Notes: generated by a model from the sequence alone, not told the origin. DNA of 64,000 nucleotides from a virus (IMGVR_UViG_3300005527_003200); one strand, 5' to 3'. Shown: positions 15,659 through 26,141, counted from the first letter of the stretch. Numbers and translations: made by a program.

Positions 15659-16689
15659 TTTAACACTCCTTGATATGTTTGATTCAGCCAGCGACCAATT
15701 GGTTCGGCTTGGTCACTCAGCTTGGTAAGCTCATACTTGCCACAGAACTTGAGAAAGTGTGCGCCCACCATCCCTATGTCTTTGTTACTGACTTGTTCAC
15801 CAATCACAGCATCCACAGTATCTTTTACTTCTTGTGGTTGTGCAGTAAGGTCAATTAGTGTGACATTGCGTTCGTAGTCTTCGAGCACCTTGTGTTCTTT
15901 TTCTTCGTGGTCGGTCCAACGTTGCAACATGAGATTGTTCCAATTGTAGCCTTTTTTGTTGCGATCTTCAAATGCTTCTGTAATGCCTACACGATTCTTT
16001 GTGCCTTTTACTGGTGCACCAGGGTATGCTGAGAACACATTGTCGCCGGGATCACCGCGCACACATTTCAAGAACAGCACCCATTTCTGATAGTCAGTTG
16101 GGGCCACAAAGCTCCGGTCGGCTTTGCCTACTTTGATCTTTGAATTGCTTTCGATTGTGAAACTCAATTTGTTGCCTTTGGCATCAGTTACGCCATCAAT
16201 ACTGAACAGGTGGTCGTTTATGCCATTGTACAATTGCACATTTGGTGCAACCAACTGAACGAAGTCTGAATCACTGCTGACAATAATATGTTCATCTTGG
16301 GGGTGTAGTGCAATCCAGCGGCCTATGATATCGTCCGCTTCTGCTGTTGCGCAACGAATCACGCTACAATTTGTTTTCTCAGACAAGTATTTAGTCAGCT
16401 CATCATAGGTTTCCCAAAACAACTTGTCCTCTTCTGCTTCAGTTTCACTCATGGCACCACGGGCCACAGCACGATTAGCTTTGTAGGGCTTGTAGTGATC
16501 TTTACGCCAGCTACGCCCTTCTAGTGCAAAAACCACATGGTCTACACCAAAACGCCTAGCTACTTTATTTGCACTCATCATGGTCAAGTGCAGTGCAAAG
16601 CCTAATTTAGTCCATGTGTCGCTGGCCCTGTGTGCTGAATGGCGGGCACGGAAAAACATGTTAGCAGTATCAATCAGTAGATATTTCAT
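15655..16689 (-). CDS. rnh: T4-type RNase H / 5'-3' flap endonuclease (FEN family)
   Basis: The N-terminal LLIDTANMFFR and the acidic clusters IVSSDSDF and GDPGDN match the T4 rnh layout. Confidence 0.8.
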   Translation of the reverse strand: MKYLLIDTANMFFRARHSAHRASDTWTKLGFALHLTMMSANKVARRFGVDHVVFALEGRSWRKDHYKPYKANRAVARGAMSETEAEEDKLFWETYDELTKYLSEKTNCSVIRCATAEADDIIGRWIALHPQDEHIIVSSDSDFVQLVAPNVQLYNGINDHLFSIDGVTDAKGNKLSFTIESNSKIKVGKADRSFVAPTDYQKWVLFLKCVRGDPGDNVFSAYPGAPVKGTKNRVGITEAFEDRNKKGYNWNNLMLQRWTDHEEKEHKVLEDYERNVTLIDLTAQPQEVKDTVDAVIGEQVSNKDIGMVGAHFLKFCGKYELTKLSDQAEPIGRWLNQTYQGVLK

Positions 16690-17398
16690 TAGGGCGGTCC
16701 AGAAGTTTGTGTTCCTTCAAGTATTGTAACACATATTCCGACCAAAATCTATGACCATCGGCTCCAAAGTGATAACTTTTGGGATTCACATGCTCAAATC
16801 CGTTGTTTTTTAGTATGGCATTCCAACTGTGGTCTCTTGAATATGGCTCAATGTAATGCCCTTGCCAATCTCTTAGATTAAATAAATCACTAAATGTACT
16901 GTTGCCACTGTAGAATAAATGTCGTACATTTAGATCTTTCAACCGACAATGCAGGTGCCATATTTTGTTATGCCATTCATCTGTTTTTTGAGTCCAGTTG
17001 ACATCCAAAATGTACTGACGATACCTATCTTCAAGCTCTGGTGGTACCATGTCCACACCACTGGCGTTTACTTGATAGCATCGGCCTTCATACTCCCATT
17101 CTTCTCGTTCCCAAGTGGTCCATTGGATTACCATCACAGTGTCATACAAACGGCTATAGTTCTCATGAATCCACTTGTTAGTGGTACGCAGTATGCGGTC
17201 ATTGCTGGCTGCTGACTCAGCATCACAGTAAAATTCAGTGTTGAGCATTCGGCTCAATTGCTTGCCCCAGCTGGCTTCCAAGTTGATTGGATGAGGTCTA
17301 CGGTCAATGCCATATCTACCATCATCCACAGCAAAGCAATCAGGCACCACTGCTTCGGCAGCCGCTGTATGGCTGCATCCATTTACATACAAGATCAT
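16670..17398 (-). CDS. SGNH/GDSL-like hydrolase paralogue 1 (GCSHT block I)
   Basis: It has an N-terminal VNGCSHT and a C-terminal GADGH(R)FW (DxxH-like block). Confidence 0.5.
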   Translation of the reverse strand: MILYVNGCSHTAAAEAVVPDCFAVDDGRYGIDRRPHPINLEASWGKQLSRMLNTEFYCDAESAASNDRILRTTNKWIHENYSRLYDTVMVIQWTTWEREEWEYEGRCYQVNASGVDMVPPELEDRYRQYILDVNWTQKTDEWHNKIWHLHCRLKDLNVRHLFYSGNSTFSDLFNLRDWQGHYIEPYSRDHSWNAILKNNGFEHVNPKSYHFGADGHRFWSEYVLQYLKEHKLLDRPNEISTD

Positions 17399-17871
17399 TT
17401 TTGTAGCAGTACTTTTTCGGTCTCTGCGGCAACCACACGCTTGCGCAGGCTACTGGATGAGAATGAGTGATCTCGGCCGTTGAATACTAGTTCAATCCCG
17501 CGGTCATAGCATTCGTCGCGACCGGTAAAGTCTTTGTGTTCGTATTCTACTCCCAGTACTCGAACATCTAATGGCAGAATTAGTAGAAGGTCACGTAGAT
17601 CTTGTTCGGTTTGGTACACAACAACTTCATCAACGTAACGGCATGCAGCCAGCTGTATCTGTCTCTCCACAATACTTTGTATCGGACGATTCTTAGTCTC
17701 AGGCCTATCGATAGTTGGGTCCGTTTGGAGCCCACAGATGAGGTAGTCACAGTGATTTTTTGCTTCAGAAAGCATGGCAATGTGGCCTGCGTGGAGCATG
17801 TCAAAGGTTGAGAAAGTGATGCCAATTTTTTTGCCTTCTGCTTTGAGTTGTTTGATGTGATTGAATATCAT
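17395..17871 (-). CDS. Cytidylyltransferase-like nucleotidyltransferase (TagD/HldE-domain type)
   Basis: It carries GITFSTFDMLHAGHIAML (the G.FD..H.GH motif). The ORF was trimmed to MIFNH, whose start overlaps the upstream stop. Confidence 0.7.
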   Translation of the reverse strand: MIFNHIKQLKAEGKKIGITFSTFDMLHAGHIAMLSEAKNHCDYLICGLQTDPTIDRPETKNRPIQSIVERQIQLAACRYVDEVVVYQTEQDLRDLLLILPLDVRVLGVEYEHKDFTGRDECYDRGIELVFNGRDHSFSSSSLRKRVVAAETEKVLLQK

Positions 17872-18269
17872 GATACCTCGCTCCTGCCATCGCCAAGATC
17901 TCGCTTTTGAACATACATGCCGGAGTTCTTGATGGCTTGTTCTTGTTCCCATGTTTCCATCACAACATGGCGGCATACATTTTGAAACCAACGGTCAACA
18001 ATGTCCCCATCAGTGTCTGTAGGTTTCATCATATAGCCAGCCTTTACCAGTCGAGCCACAAAGATTTCATTCCAATCCAACTCAAATGCACCTTGATGCA
18101 GATTGTCAGGATCCACATCCATACTGAGCACAGCCACGTAAGGTTCTCCCTTTTCAGTAGCAAGTTGTTTTTCAGTTTTAGCTGGTGGTTCGGCAACTCT
18201 AGGCTTAGTGACTTTTTCTACCACAGGTGGTGGTTTCTTTTGAGATTTTTTAAACCAATCAAACATCAA
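17868..18269 (-). CDS. Hypothetical protein (133 aa)
   Basis: It is operon-consistent. Confidence 0.5.
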   Translation of the reverse strand: MMFDWFKKSQKKPPPVVEKVTKPRVAEPPAKTEKQLATEKGEPYVAVLSMDVDPDNLHQGAFELDWNEIFVARLVKAGYMMKPTDTDGDIVDRWFQNVCRHVVMETWEQEQAIKNSGMYVQKRDLGDGRSEVS

Positions 18270-18441
18270 TCCTACCCCATTTAATTTTTAACCAAATACG
18301 TTCCATACTGTATTGCAAGAATGCTAACACAATATGGATTGCAACTGCATCACCCAGTCCGGTCCACAATGCAGTAATCAGCAATGCAGCAATTCGATAA
18401 GTTAGAGTTCGGATCCATGTTCTTGTATGAGTTTCTGACAT
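18259..18441 (-). CDS. Small membrane protein (about 60 aa)
   Basis: This is the internal Met (MSETHTRTW...) of the listed ORF, with two hydrophobic segments. It starts 1 nt after the QueE stop. Confidence 0.4.
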   Translation of the reverse strand: MSETHTRTWIRTLTYRIAALLITALWTGLGDAVAIHIVLAFLQYSMERIWLKIKWGRIDV

Positions 18442-18442
18442 G

Positions 18443-19288
18443 TTATTTGCCCCATCCATTACCCCAGAGGTCCACATGCAATCGTGGGCTGTACCAATAA
18501 CCTCGTTTGAGTGCTTCGTCGGCAACGTGAATTCTATTGCCATCATACACACTCACAACACCGCCAACAGGCATCACAAAAACTGGTCCGCTAAATCCAC
18601 GGGTTCGATAGTCGTCAACTACTAGATCAAGCTCTTTGAAATCATCAATGTGACCAACAACAAACTTCAAATAGGTAACACCGTGAGTTTCGTAATCCCA
18701 AATAATGTCAGGTTTGATAGCATCTTCATACTTTTCACCACTGACACTAAGTTTAGGACTTACTGAGAATGTGATCTCGCCAAACCATTCAGACAGATAC
18801 TGTTTGAATTCTCTTGTGAGTTCTTGAGTACCATTGGTTTCAAATGTAATGTGTCGCAGTCCACGTTCGTGCAACAGATTCAACAGTTCAGGATATGCAC
18901 GTTGCCAACCTAGCAATGGCTCGCCACCTGTGATCACAAGATGCACTGAATTGCCGTTTGGTTGTTGCCAGTGGCCATTGGGCAACAGCGCAGCCATTTT
19001 GTCAACTAACTCTTGTGCTGTGTATGTGGGACTTAGATGTTTAAAGTCAGGATGCCAACTTGCATACGAATCGCATCCTGTATTAACCAACGGGAGCTCT
19101 TCAAAAGTCTTGTAGAGATGAACGCTCTTTGCGACGTCATCTGCCTCAGTGCTCTTATCACCGGGTTGGCATCCAAATCCCGAACACGTAAAGTTGCAAC
19201 CGAAGGTTCGTAAGAAGATAGAAGGAACTCCAATATAGCGTCCTTCGCCCTGAGCAGAATAAAATAGTTCACTTACTTTTAATTTCAT
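18443..19288 (-). CDS. queE: 7-carboxy-7-deazaguanine synthase QueE (radical SAM)
   Basis: The N-terminal ...SAQGEGRYIGVPSIFLRTFGCNFTCS carries the QueE-type C..C...C cluster. Confidence 0.8.
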   Translation of the reverse strand: MKLKVSELFYSAQGEGRYIGVPSIFLRTFGCNFTCSGFGCQPGDKSTEADDVAKSVHLYKTFEELPLVNTGCDSYASWHPDFKHLSPTYTAQELVDKMAALLPNGHWQQPNGNSVHLVITGGEPLLGWQRAYPELLNLLHERGLRHITFETNGTQELTREFKQYLSEWFGEITFSVSPKLSVSGEKYEDAIKPDIIWDYETHGVTYLKFVVGHIDDFKELDLVVDDYRTRGFSGPVFVMPVGGVVSVYDGNRIHVADEALKRGYWYSPRLHVDLWGNGWGK

Positions 19289-19291
19289 TGT

Positions 19292-20002
19292 TTATAACCT
19301 TGTTACCTTTGACATTCCCGACTTGCGGGGATTCTTATTTAGATTGATACTTTCATCATGCATTTTAACACGAGTAGATTGTTTTGTCACCCAACCCGGT
19401 AATACTGCATCTAAATAGGCCAAATGTTCTTCGGGGCTGGGATGTGGGTCACCGTTTCTATTAGGATATCCAGTGTTTTTAAATACAGTTTTGTCATACC
19501 CTGGTTTGATACTTAAAACCACATTTTCGTACAATCGCATGACATCTCTGTGTTTGCTAACATTGTCGGACGGAAATGGCATGGCCATTAATTCTACCAT
19601 ACTCAAAAATTCCCATTTTAGATTGTGTCGAGATTCCAGTAGAGTTTTAACTGCTTTGATGCATGCCAGATCTCTAATTAGGAATCCTCTTTCATCCATG
19701 TGTGTTTTAAGGTATTCTTTGTTAAACACATTGGTTGCGAAGTGTGCATTTCCGGGTGTGTGCCATCGACCGTCAACATATCGATCCTCTCGATCTAAAC
19801 TGGTCCAGCATACAACAACAGTATCTCCGTCACCAAAACAATGCCTTTGATCAGCCTCCATGACTGAATTGAAAATATATTGATTTCCTCCTCCTGCCTG
19901 GCCCCAATTTTCAAAGTGATCAAATTCTGGAGCAAGACAATCTGCCCAGGTGCTCCAGCGATAGTTTGTAAAACTACAACCAAACGTAAACAGTCGGCGC
20001 AT
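19292..20002 (-). CDS. SGNH/GDSL-like hydrolase paralogue 2 (GCSFT)
   Basis: It has FTFGCSFT at the N-terminus and GDPHPSPEEH near the C-terminus. Confidence 0.5.
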   Translation of the reverse strand: MRRLFTFGCSFTNYRWSTWADCLAPEFDHFENWGQAGGGNQYIFNSVMEADQRHCFGDGDTVVVCWTSLDREDRYVDGRWHTPGNAHFATNVFNKEYLKTHMDERGFLIRDLACIKAVKTLLESRHNLKWEFLSMVELMAMPFPSDNVSKHRDVMRLYENVVLSIKPGYDKTVFKNTGYPNRNGDPHPSPEEHLAYLDAVLPGWVTKQSTRVKMHDESINLNKNPRKSGMSKVTRL

Positions 20003-20004
20003 TG

Positions 20005-21987
20005 TTAGGCTGCTAGTTTTGCCCTGGCGCCAGCATCTCCGCGTTTGGCAACGTCTACCTGCGTGTCAGCGTTCAAGCATTCAACTGTGGCTTTTCCAAA
20101 ATTTCTACGTCTAGCAAAATAAAATAGTTCTAAGAAACGTGGAAAGCTCATAGTTTTATCTTCTGGAAACTCCAGTTGATATTCTCTTGGCGCATGTACA
20201 AGTTTGTGATCAAAGCTGAGATATTCCCAGATGTTGTAGTCTAATTCTAAAACCTCAGGATAAGTGTTCATAGCATCGTAAGCCACATGGTATCTGCGTT
20301 GGAATCGCATGATGTTCTCCAACAACACAGGCGGTAAATCATAACGACTCATGAACTTTTCTAACATGTCAAAGATATTGTGATTTTGTTTTTCCACATG
20401 CATGTTCAACACAGTTCTGTGTATGAGGTTCCATCCGTGAATTTCAATGCCAATCTTGGGATGATTGATTCGGCCATTGGTCATCCAACTGCGATAGTAC
20501 TCGCGAACTTCTTCTTGTTCGCGGTGGATCCATTCATGACCTTGCACGTATTCAAACAGGTCTGCATAAAACTCGCTGTAGGGCACACCCTGATACTTGA
20601 ACACCAATCGACTCAACAGTGTGCTGATGCCATTGATGTGGAAGGTATTGATAAACCATGAAAAAATATGTGCTTCCATCATGACATCAAACGGCATGTC
20701 TTTGGTGCCAGTGATAATGTCAATGGCTTCTTCAATGTGTTCGTTGGAGTATGATCCAGAAAAATAGTCTGTTACACTTTGATTGGTAATCTTAAACAAC
20801 TTCTTCTGCAACAGGTTCATTTCGGCATTTTCCAACAACTGAGCCTGGAACACCGTGAGACCAGTATGATTGCCCATTTCAAACAAAGTCCAAAAGTTTT
20901 TCTTCCAAGACTCAAGACTTTCACCAGGTAGGCCCAAGATAAGTTCAGTGTAGGTTGGAATGTTACGTTGCTCACACAGCTCAAATACTTCGTTGAGCTT
21001 GTTCATTTCCATGTTTTTGCGACGAATGTTTTCCAATACATCCAAGTCAAGACTTTGCACACTCAGCGTTAGACCTTGATTGAAGCCTCGGGCATCCAGC
21101 AATTTTTTAACAATGTCCACAACTTCTTTCTTTTGATTCTTGGCCCAGGCCACAGAGAAAGTTCTCGGAGAACCATACTTTTCTTGACATTCAATAATCT
21201 TGTCTGCAATCAAACTGTCACGTTCGGCAAACATGCCAAAGTTAGCGTCAGTAATTGATATGAAATCAAAGTTGTGCTTAGCCATCCATTCCAACTCATG
21301 GTACACACGTTCTAAACCAAACTTCTTGACCTTGTTGTATGTCAAGCTACCCCAGTCACAAAACGTACAAGCAAATGGGCAACCACGAGAAGTTTCTAGT
21401 GTGCCTTGCCACATGATGTCAGGATTTGCAGCCATTAGGTCATCAAATACACCTGCCAGATACGGGCTAGGAATATCTTCAAGAGTTTCAATGCGCTTGG
21501 CATCACCTGTGCTTATAGCTTCGCCGTCTCGATTGATCAGCAAGCCAGGTATTGACTCCCAGTCTTTGCTGTCATATGCCAGCATGAGATTTCTAAATGT
21601 GATTTCACCTTCGTAGCAAATCACAATGTCCATGAATGGTTCTTTGCGAAACAGATCTTTGTCTGTGATTGCAGGTTCGGGACCGCCAAATATGGTCAAC
21701 ACGCCAGGATTGATCTCCTTGAGCCTGCGAGCCAATGCATAGTTGAAATTGTGATTCCACACATAAGTGCTAAAAGTCACAACATCATTTTCAGCCAGTC
21801 GTTGTGCAATTGGCTCTATGTTGTCCCGGCGCCACACCCATTCAGTCACTTGCCATGCATCACGTATGCTGGGTTCCGCAACTGCATAACTCCAAATCAC
21901 ACCTGCTGAGTATGGCAGGTAGTAGGCATTGAGTTCTTTAGGACCTTGTTGGAAGTTTGGTTGTACCCAGGCAATTTTTCTTTTCAT
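20005..21987 (-). CDS. B12-binding-domain radical SAM enzyme (class B radical SAM; methyltransferase-type)
   Basis: An N-terminal B12-binding-like domain is followed by RGCPFACTFCDW (C...C..C) and a long C-terminal extension. Confidence 0.7.
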   Translation of the reverse strand: MKRKIAWVQPNFQQGPKELNAYYLPYSAGVIWSYAVAEPSIRDAWQVTEWVWRRDNIEPIAQRLAENDVVTFSTYVWNHNFNYALARRLKEINPGVLTIFGGPEPAITDKDLFRKEPFMDIVICYEGEITFRNLMLAYDSKDWESIPGLLINRDGEAISTGDAKRIETLEDIPSPYLAGVFDDLMAANPDIMWQGTLETSRGCPFACTFCDWGSLTYNKVKKFGLERVYHELEWMAKHNFDFISITDANFGMFAERDSLIADKIIECQEKYGSPRTFSVAWAKNQKKEVVDIVKKLLDARGFNQGLTLSVQSLDLDVLENIRRKNMEMNKLNEVFELCEQRNIPTYTELILGLPGESLESWKKNFWTLFEMGNHTGLTVFQAQLLENAEMNLLQKKLFKITNQSVTDYFSGSYSNEHIEEAIDIITGTKDMPFDVMMEAHIFSWFINTFHINGISTLLSRLVFKYQGVPYSEFYADLFEYVQGHEWIHREQEEVREYYRSWMTNGRINHPKIGIEIHGWNLIHRTVLNMHVEKQNHNIFDMLEKFMSRYDLPPVLLENIMRFQRRYHVAYDAMNTYPEVLELDYNIWEYLSFDHKLVHAPREYQLEFPEDKTMSFPRFLELFYFARRRNFGKATVECLNADTQVDVAKRGDAGARAKLAA

Positions 21988-22853
21988 GCATTATTTACTT
22001 GTTTTTGATCAGTATCTTTTTTTGCAAAATGTGTATGCGGGTTGGCAAATTGAACCATTTGACTGTTTACATCATTCTGTGCTAGTTTTTCCCAGGGATC
22101 TTGACTGCCGTTGAACACGTTGGTAAAGAATGAAAGATCCATACCTAATTCACTGCGCATGTATGTGGCCAATTTTGCACAGTCTCGGTGTCGCAGGTCC
22201 ATTTGCTGAACGCTGTGAAAGTCCAACGGATCATCGGGGCGACCTTCTAGCATGGCACGATTTTTAAATGTTTCATCGCCGTTGTTGCCAGTCAAGTCGT
22301 GGCGATCATGTTCTACCCATACTGGAATTCTTTCCCAAATGTCCAGCATGTATGCCTGTTGACTCAACCACCCATCTTGTGTGGGATGGGGACTGATGTA
22401 TCCCAACAGTTCATACCATTTGCGTGGAACTATTGGAAAAATTGAGTAGGGGTGGTCGTTGTGAGTATGGAATGCCAGCAATCTAAACTTGCCATTGTAT
22501 TTCAAAATCTCACTGTCCCACCCCTGGGTTTGCATGATGGCATCATCATTCCAAATAACAAACCAAGGAGCCAGGGCTTTCTCAGCCATCTTGTTGTTGT
22601 AGATATGCAATCTGATATATCCCAATGGGTCAAACAACATGGCGGTATAGTGATAACCGTGTGAGTCTAACCAAGGCTGCAATTCAGTTTGGAAGTACGT
22701 TTTGCCTTTGTCATCGTCTTTGTCAAATCCAAACATGATTTGCAAACGATGAGGATTGTCAGCCAGTTCAAACAAACTGCGAACACTTTTGCCCAACGCT
22801 TCTGTACGACCTCGAGTGGCCAACAGTAAAGATATATCAAATTCTTGTGCCAT
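21984..22853 (-). CDS. GT-A-fold glycosyltransferase (family-2-like)
   Basis: It has ISLLLATRGR at the N-terminus and an acidic NDDA motif in the DxD position. Confidence 0.5.
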   Translation of the reverse strand: MAQEFDISLLLATRGRTEALGKSVRSLFELADNPHRLQIMFGFDKDDDKGKTYFQTELQPWLDSHGYHYTAMLFDPLGYIRLHIYNNKMAEKALAPWFVIWNDDAIMQTQGWDSEILKYNGKFRLLAFHTHNDHPYSIFPIVPRKWYELLGYISPHPTQDGWLSQQAYMLDIWERIPVWVEHDRHDLTGNNGDETFKNRAMLEGRPDDPLDFHSVQQMDLRHRDCAKLATYMRSELGMDLSFFTNVFNGSQDPWEKLAQNDVNSQMVQFANPHTHFAKKDTDQKQVNNA

Positions 22854-22876
22854 AAATTCCTACCAATTTGATGTAA

Positions 22877-23497
22877 TTATGCTTGATTGTCTGCAGCCAG
22901 CTTTTTCTGCAAGTGATTCAACAAGAAACCATACGCAGGCAGAATAACCAACAGACTCACAATGATCTTACTGATTGAATTGTTGGTTGCAACAATGTGC
23001 CAGTTAGCAGCCATGAACTCATTTGCGCCACCAGCAAAGGCAGTAAAGAAGAACACATAGGTATCAAAGAATGTGCTCACAATTGAACTCAATGCAGGAG
23101 CAATCCACCAAGTGGCGTACTTTTCACGAATGTATTGGAACACGTACACATCAAGCAAGTTGCTCACAAAGTATGCAACACCCGAGCCAAGACCAATGCG
23201 GAAAGCAACTGAGTCAGGAGCACCGCCCAGTTTGACCACTGCCATTGACACAATGATAGCAGGGATGAATGCCAATGCAATCACCGCACGACCAGTTTGT
23301 TTGCCTAACATTCGCACAGTCAAGTCGGTCAACACAACCACTAGTGGGAATGTGAATGCGGCTGCTGCCAATGGTGCACCAAACACTGAGAATTTGAATT
23401 GCACAATGTAGTTGCTGATAGCAATGATAATGATATGTGCCAGCATGAGCTTGTAGGCCAATGCACGGTCAACGCCACTTAAGATTCGATCTAACAT
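22877..23497 (-). CDS. YhhQ/VUT-family queuosine-precursor (preQ0/preQ1) transporter
   Basis: It has six or more TM segments and a COG1738/DUF165-like pattern with a conserved FF/Y-rich core. Confidence 0.6.
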   Translation of the reverse strand: MLDRILSGVDRALAYKLMLAHIIIIAISNYIVQFKFSVFGAPLAAAAFTFPLVVVLTDLTVRMLGKQTGRAVIALAFIPAIIVSMAVVKLGGAPDSVAFRIGLGSGVAYFVSNLLDVYVFQYIREKYATWWIAPALSSIVSTFFDTYVFFFTAFAGGANEFMAANWHIVATNNSISKIIVSLLVILPAYGFLLNHLQKKLAADNQA

Positions 23498-23514
23498 GAT
23501 TTTTCCTTGTTATA

Positions 23515-24021
23515 TTAAACGAATAGATCTTCCATCCACTCGCGATGGCCTTCTCTAAAAGCCATATTGCTCTGTGTTTCGCGCACTTCCACACGATAGC
23601 ACCAGAGACGCTCTGCTTCACCCGGTCCCCACAGGTCCGGAATGTAAACACCGTTCACATACTTGTACAGCATGTCTGCCAAGCCTTCACACCCTAAGCG
23701 TGGCAGGATTGTGAGTTTGGCCATTTTTTTCTCTTGCAAGAGCTTGTATGTCGCCAGCTCTGGATCATCTGCAGACACCAGCAAGGTATGATCAAATTGA
23801 TCTTCTAATGTCTTTTTAAGTTCTTTGAGACCGCCATAGTCAGCGGCCCAGTTACGCACATCCAGGTTGTCTGTGCCAAAGTAGAACTTCATTGAGAATG
23901 AGTAACCGTGAATTAGATTGCAGTGGCTGTCGGCACGCCATTGACGGTATGCGCAGGGAAAAGCATCATGATACTCTTTGGTGCTGGTGTACTTGTATTG
24001 TACTGGTTGATTTGTTGCCAT
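23515..24021 (-). CDS. queD: 6-carboxytetrahydropterin synthase QueD (PTPS family)
   Basis: It carries the C..H.NLIHGY zinc/catalytic motif (CxxxHGH). At 168 aa it has the typical QueD/PTPS size. Confidence 0.75.
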   Translation of the reverse strand: MATNQPVQYKYTSTKEYHDAFPCAYRQWRADSHCNLIHGYSFSMKFYFGTDNLDVRNWAADYGGLKELKKTLEDQFDHTLLVSADDPELATYKLLQEKKMAKLTILPRLGCEGLADMLYKYVNGVYIPDLWGPGEAERLWCYRVEVRETQSNMAFREGHREWMEDLFV

Positions 24022-24036
24022 ATTGTCCTCCTATGT

Positions 24037-24065
24037 ATTATAGCATAGGCAGCAGAGTTTGTATA
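24037..24065 (-). promoter_or_regulatory. Sigma-70-like promoter: weak -35 TATACA, 17-bp spacer, -10 TATAAT. It precedes an AGGAGG RBS for queD.
   Basis: The minus strand reads gcTATACAaactctgctgcctatgcTATAATacatAGGAGGacaatATG. Confidence 0.5.
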
Positions 24066-24123
24066 GCGGGATGATGCCGGACAGGCCGCTTAGAGAAATA
24101 CTTATATTAAATATCAACAGAGG

Positions 24124-24780
24124 TTAAGGTTCACGCCAGGTTTCTATTGAAAGAAACTCTTTAGACCAAGTTTCTCGATCATATGTGACATCGCCCCATT
24201 GGCACGATCCGTGCCATTGGAAACTTTCAAACGCAATTAGATCACCAGGTGACTCCCATTTTATGATTTTTCTTACACTGAAATTTCTTGCTTCTTCAGT
24301 GTATTGGTCAGAATACGCTGGCAAGATGTTTGGCATATCTGTATATAATGGTTCATTCAAATTGGCTGGACAACTATAAAATGCAGTACCAGGAGTATGA
24401 CCGTCTTTCCACCACAAAGGAATTAAAAAAGTAAGACCTTCTTTGAAACCTTTGCTTTTATTTTCTTTGAGCCAATCGACTCCTCTAATGTCGCTATGTG
24501 GCAAAATTGGTGCTGACAAATATCGGATACTGGAATCGTGGATGATAAACTCACCAAAGTCTGTTTTTAACTGGTTGACTATTTTATGAATAGGACTTCG
24601 GGGCAGTTCATAGTGCAACTGACGATCCCAACAACTTGCCCATCCCAGTTTAGATTTTGGATTAGGATAAGGTCCAGCTGAGTCTAACAATGAATCATTT
24701 ATTTTTTCATAGTATGATTTTATATCATTGACAACGCTCAATGAAATATACTTTTTTTTGTATATAATTTTTTTTTGCAT
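24124..24780 (-). CDS. Hypothetical protein, possibly a 2OG-Fe(II)/cupin-like oxygenase fold
   Basis: HSD and a distal WHG residue suggest a His-x-Asp...His triad. This is a weak call. Confidence 0.4.
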   Translation of the reverse strand: MQKKIIYKKKYISLSVVNDIKSYYEKINDSLLDSAGPYPNPKSKLGWASCWDRQLHYELPRSPIHKIVNQLKTDFGEFIIHDSSIRYLSAPILPHSDIRGVDWLKENKSKGFKEGLTFLIPLWWKDGHTPGTAFYSCPANLNEPLYTDMPNILPAYSDQYTEEARNFSVRKIIKWESPGDLIAFESFQWHGSCQWGDVTYDRETWSKEFLSIETWREP

Positions 24781-24785
24781 GTTAA

Positions 24786-25190
24786 TTATGGTTTTTGGTA
24801 ACTACCTGTTTTGTAGTTAGCTTGTCCAATAATAACCCCACGTACTCCGCCCACTGGGTCAGCACAGTCACCTGCTCGGCGTGGAATCAAATGCACATGT
24901 GGATACATCACAGTTTGACCTGCTTCACGACCCATGTTGATGCCGATATTAAATGCATCACATTCGCCATTGACAACCATTCTGCGACCATGCAGCATGG
25001 CTGATTCAAAACAGTCCATGATTACCGCATCGTTATTGTACTGTGGCACAAACAACAAATGACCGGGTGTGACAGGATAACGATCACGAAACACAGCCAC
25101 GTGATAGTCTGACAGTTCTGTCACACGGTCGTCCCAGGGTGCAATATCTTGTTGATATGCAATTTCTAAATCAGTCATAATAGTTTTCAT
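24786..25190 (-). CDS. HIT-family (histidine triad) nucleotide hydrolase/transferase
   Basis: It carries the HVHLIP (HxHxHxx) motif. Confidence 0.7.
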   Translation of the reverse strand: MKTIMTDLEIAYQQDIAPWDDRVTELSDYHVAVFRDRYPVTPGHLLFVPQYNNDAVIMDCFESAMLHGRRMVVNGECDAFNIGINMGREAGQTVMYPHVHLIPRRAGDCADPVGGVRGVIIGQANYKTGSYQKP

Positions 25191-25633
25191 TCAATTGGTA
25201 ACGGAAAAACTCTTCCAGTCAAGCTGAATCTAGTATGTCCAGATTCTATGCCTTCTACACTATGATATCTGCTGGCATGCAATATGTGCCATTGATGTGT
25301 TGGAATAACAAAACTGTGTGTTATGGTAGTTTTATCATCTTCAAAAAAATTGGTCCTAACATTGCTTCCACCAGCGTCAATCAAATACGTTAATTTTACT
25401 TCAGTACCAACATCTTTGTGTGCAATGATATCGTTGTTCATAAACTGAAATCCCCAATGCATAGTGTCACAAATATTTTGCTTGCACCATGTATCTATCT
25501 GTTGGGTAAAATCGTCTGACCACTTGTAAGCACCGTTAAGATAGTTGGCCTTAAACGAGTATTGATCAAAATTGTAATTGAGGCTGTCTAAAATCTCAAC
25601 TGGAATTTTAGGCAGATTCAGATATCTAATCAC
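25187..25633 (-). CDS. Hypothetical protein (148 aa)
   Basis: It shares an ATGA overlap with the HIT gene. Confidence 0.5.
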   Translation of the reverse strand: MIRYLNLPKIPVEILDSLNYNFDQYSFKANYLNGAYKWSDDFTQQIDTWCKQNICDTMHWGFQFMNNDIIAHKDVGTEVKLTYLIDAGGSNVRTNFFEDDKTTITHSFVIPTHQWHILHASRYHSVEGIESGHTRFSLTGRVFPLPIE

Positions 25634-25635
25634 TC

Positions 25636-25806
25636 TTGATCCAAGGCCTCAATAGCATTGTCATATCCACGTTGGAAGTCGTCAGCATCTGCTTCGGCAT
25701 CTTCCAGTTTCAAATAGGGGTTGAGGCATTTTTCGCCGGCCTTGGCCTGCTCATAGCCTTGTTGATAAGGCGCTTGTTCATAAGGAGTGATTTTCTTAGC
25801 CATTAT
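25636..25806 (-). CDS. Small hypothetical protein (about 56 aa; MAKKITPYEQAPYQQGYEQAK...)
   Basis: This unlisted ORF fills a 170-nt gap. Its start overlaps the upstream stop. Confidence 0.4.
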
Positions 25807-26141
25807 TCTGCCCTTTCAATTTCAGTTGCTTCACGAACCAACACCAACAGTTCGTCTACAGTGTCAACGATGATCTTGGAAGTTTTCCAGTTGTCTTCAT
25901 CGTCCCTACCGCTTACTTCAATCATGTAGCCATTGTCATACATGTTGATGCTAAAGTTTTCGTTAACTTTGACCAGCTTGTCGCTGAGTTTTTTTACAGA
26001 CCCTTCAGTCTTTGTTTTTGCTTTTGATTTTGCCATTTGATTTTCCTCTGTAGTAAATGTAGTTAGTGCTTCAAATTCCAGTTTTAACTCTTCAAGAGCT
26101 AATAGTTCTGCTTTGGACACCATTGGTTTTCGTCCGGCCAT
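25803..26141 (-). CDS. Hypothetical acidic protein (112 aa)
   Basis: It is operon-consistent. Confidence 0.5.
   Translation of the reverse strand: MAGRKPMVSKAELLALEELKLEFEALTTFTTEENQMAKSKAKTKTEGSVKKLSDKLVKVNENFSINMYDNGYMIEVSGRDDEDNWKTSKIIVDTVDELLVLVREATEIERAE

Noticed and set aside
25636-25929. Plus-strand 97-aa ORF
   Set aside because: It is antisense to two minus-strand genes. The minus-strand small ORF at 25636-25806 with a coupled start is preferred.
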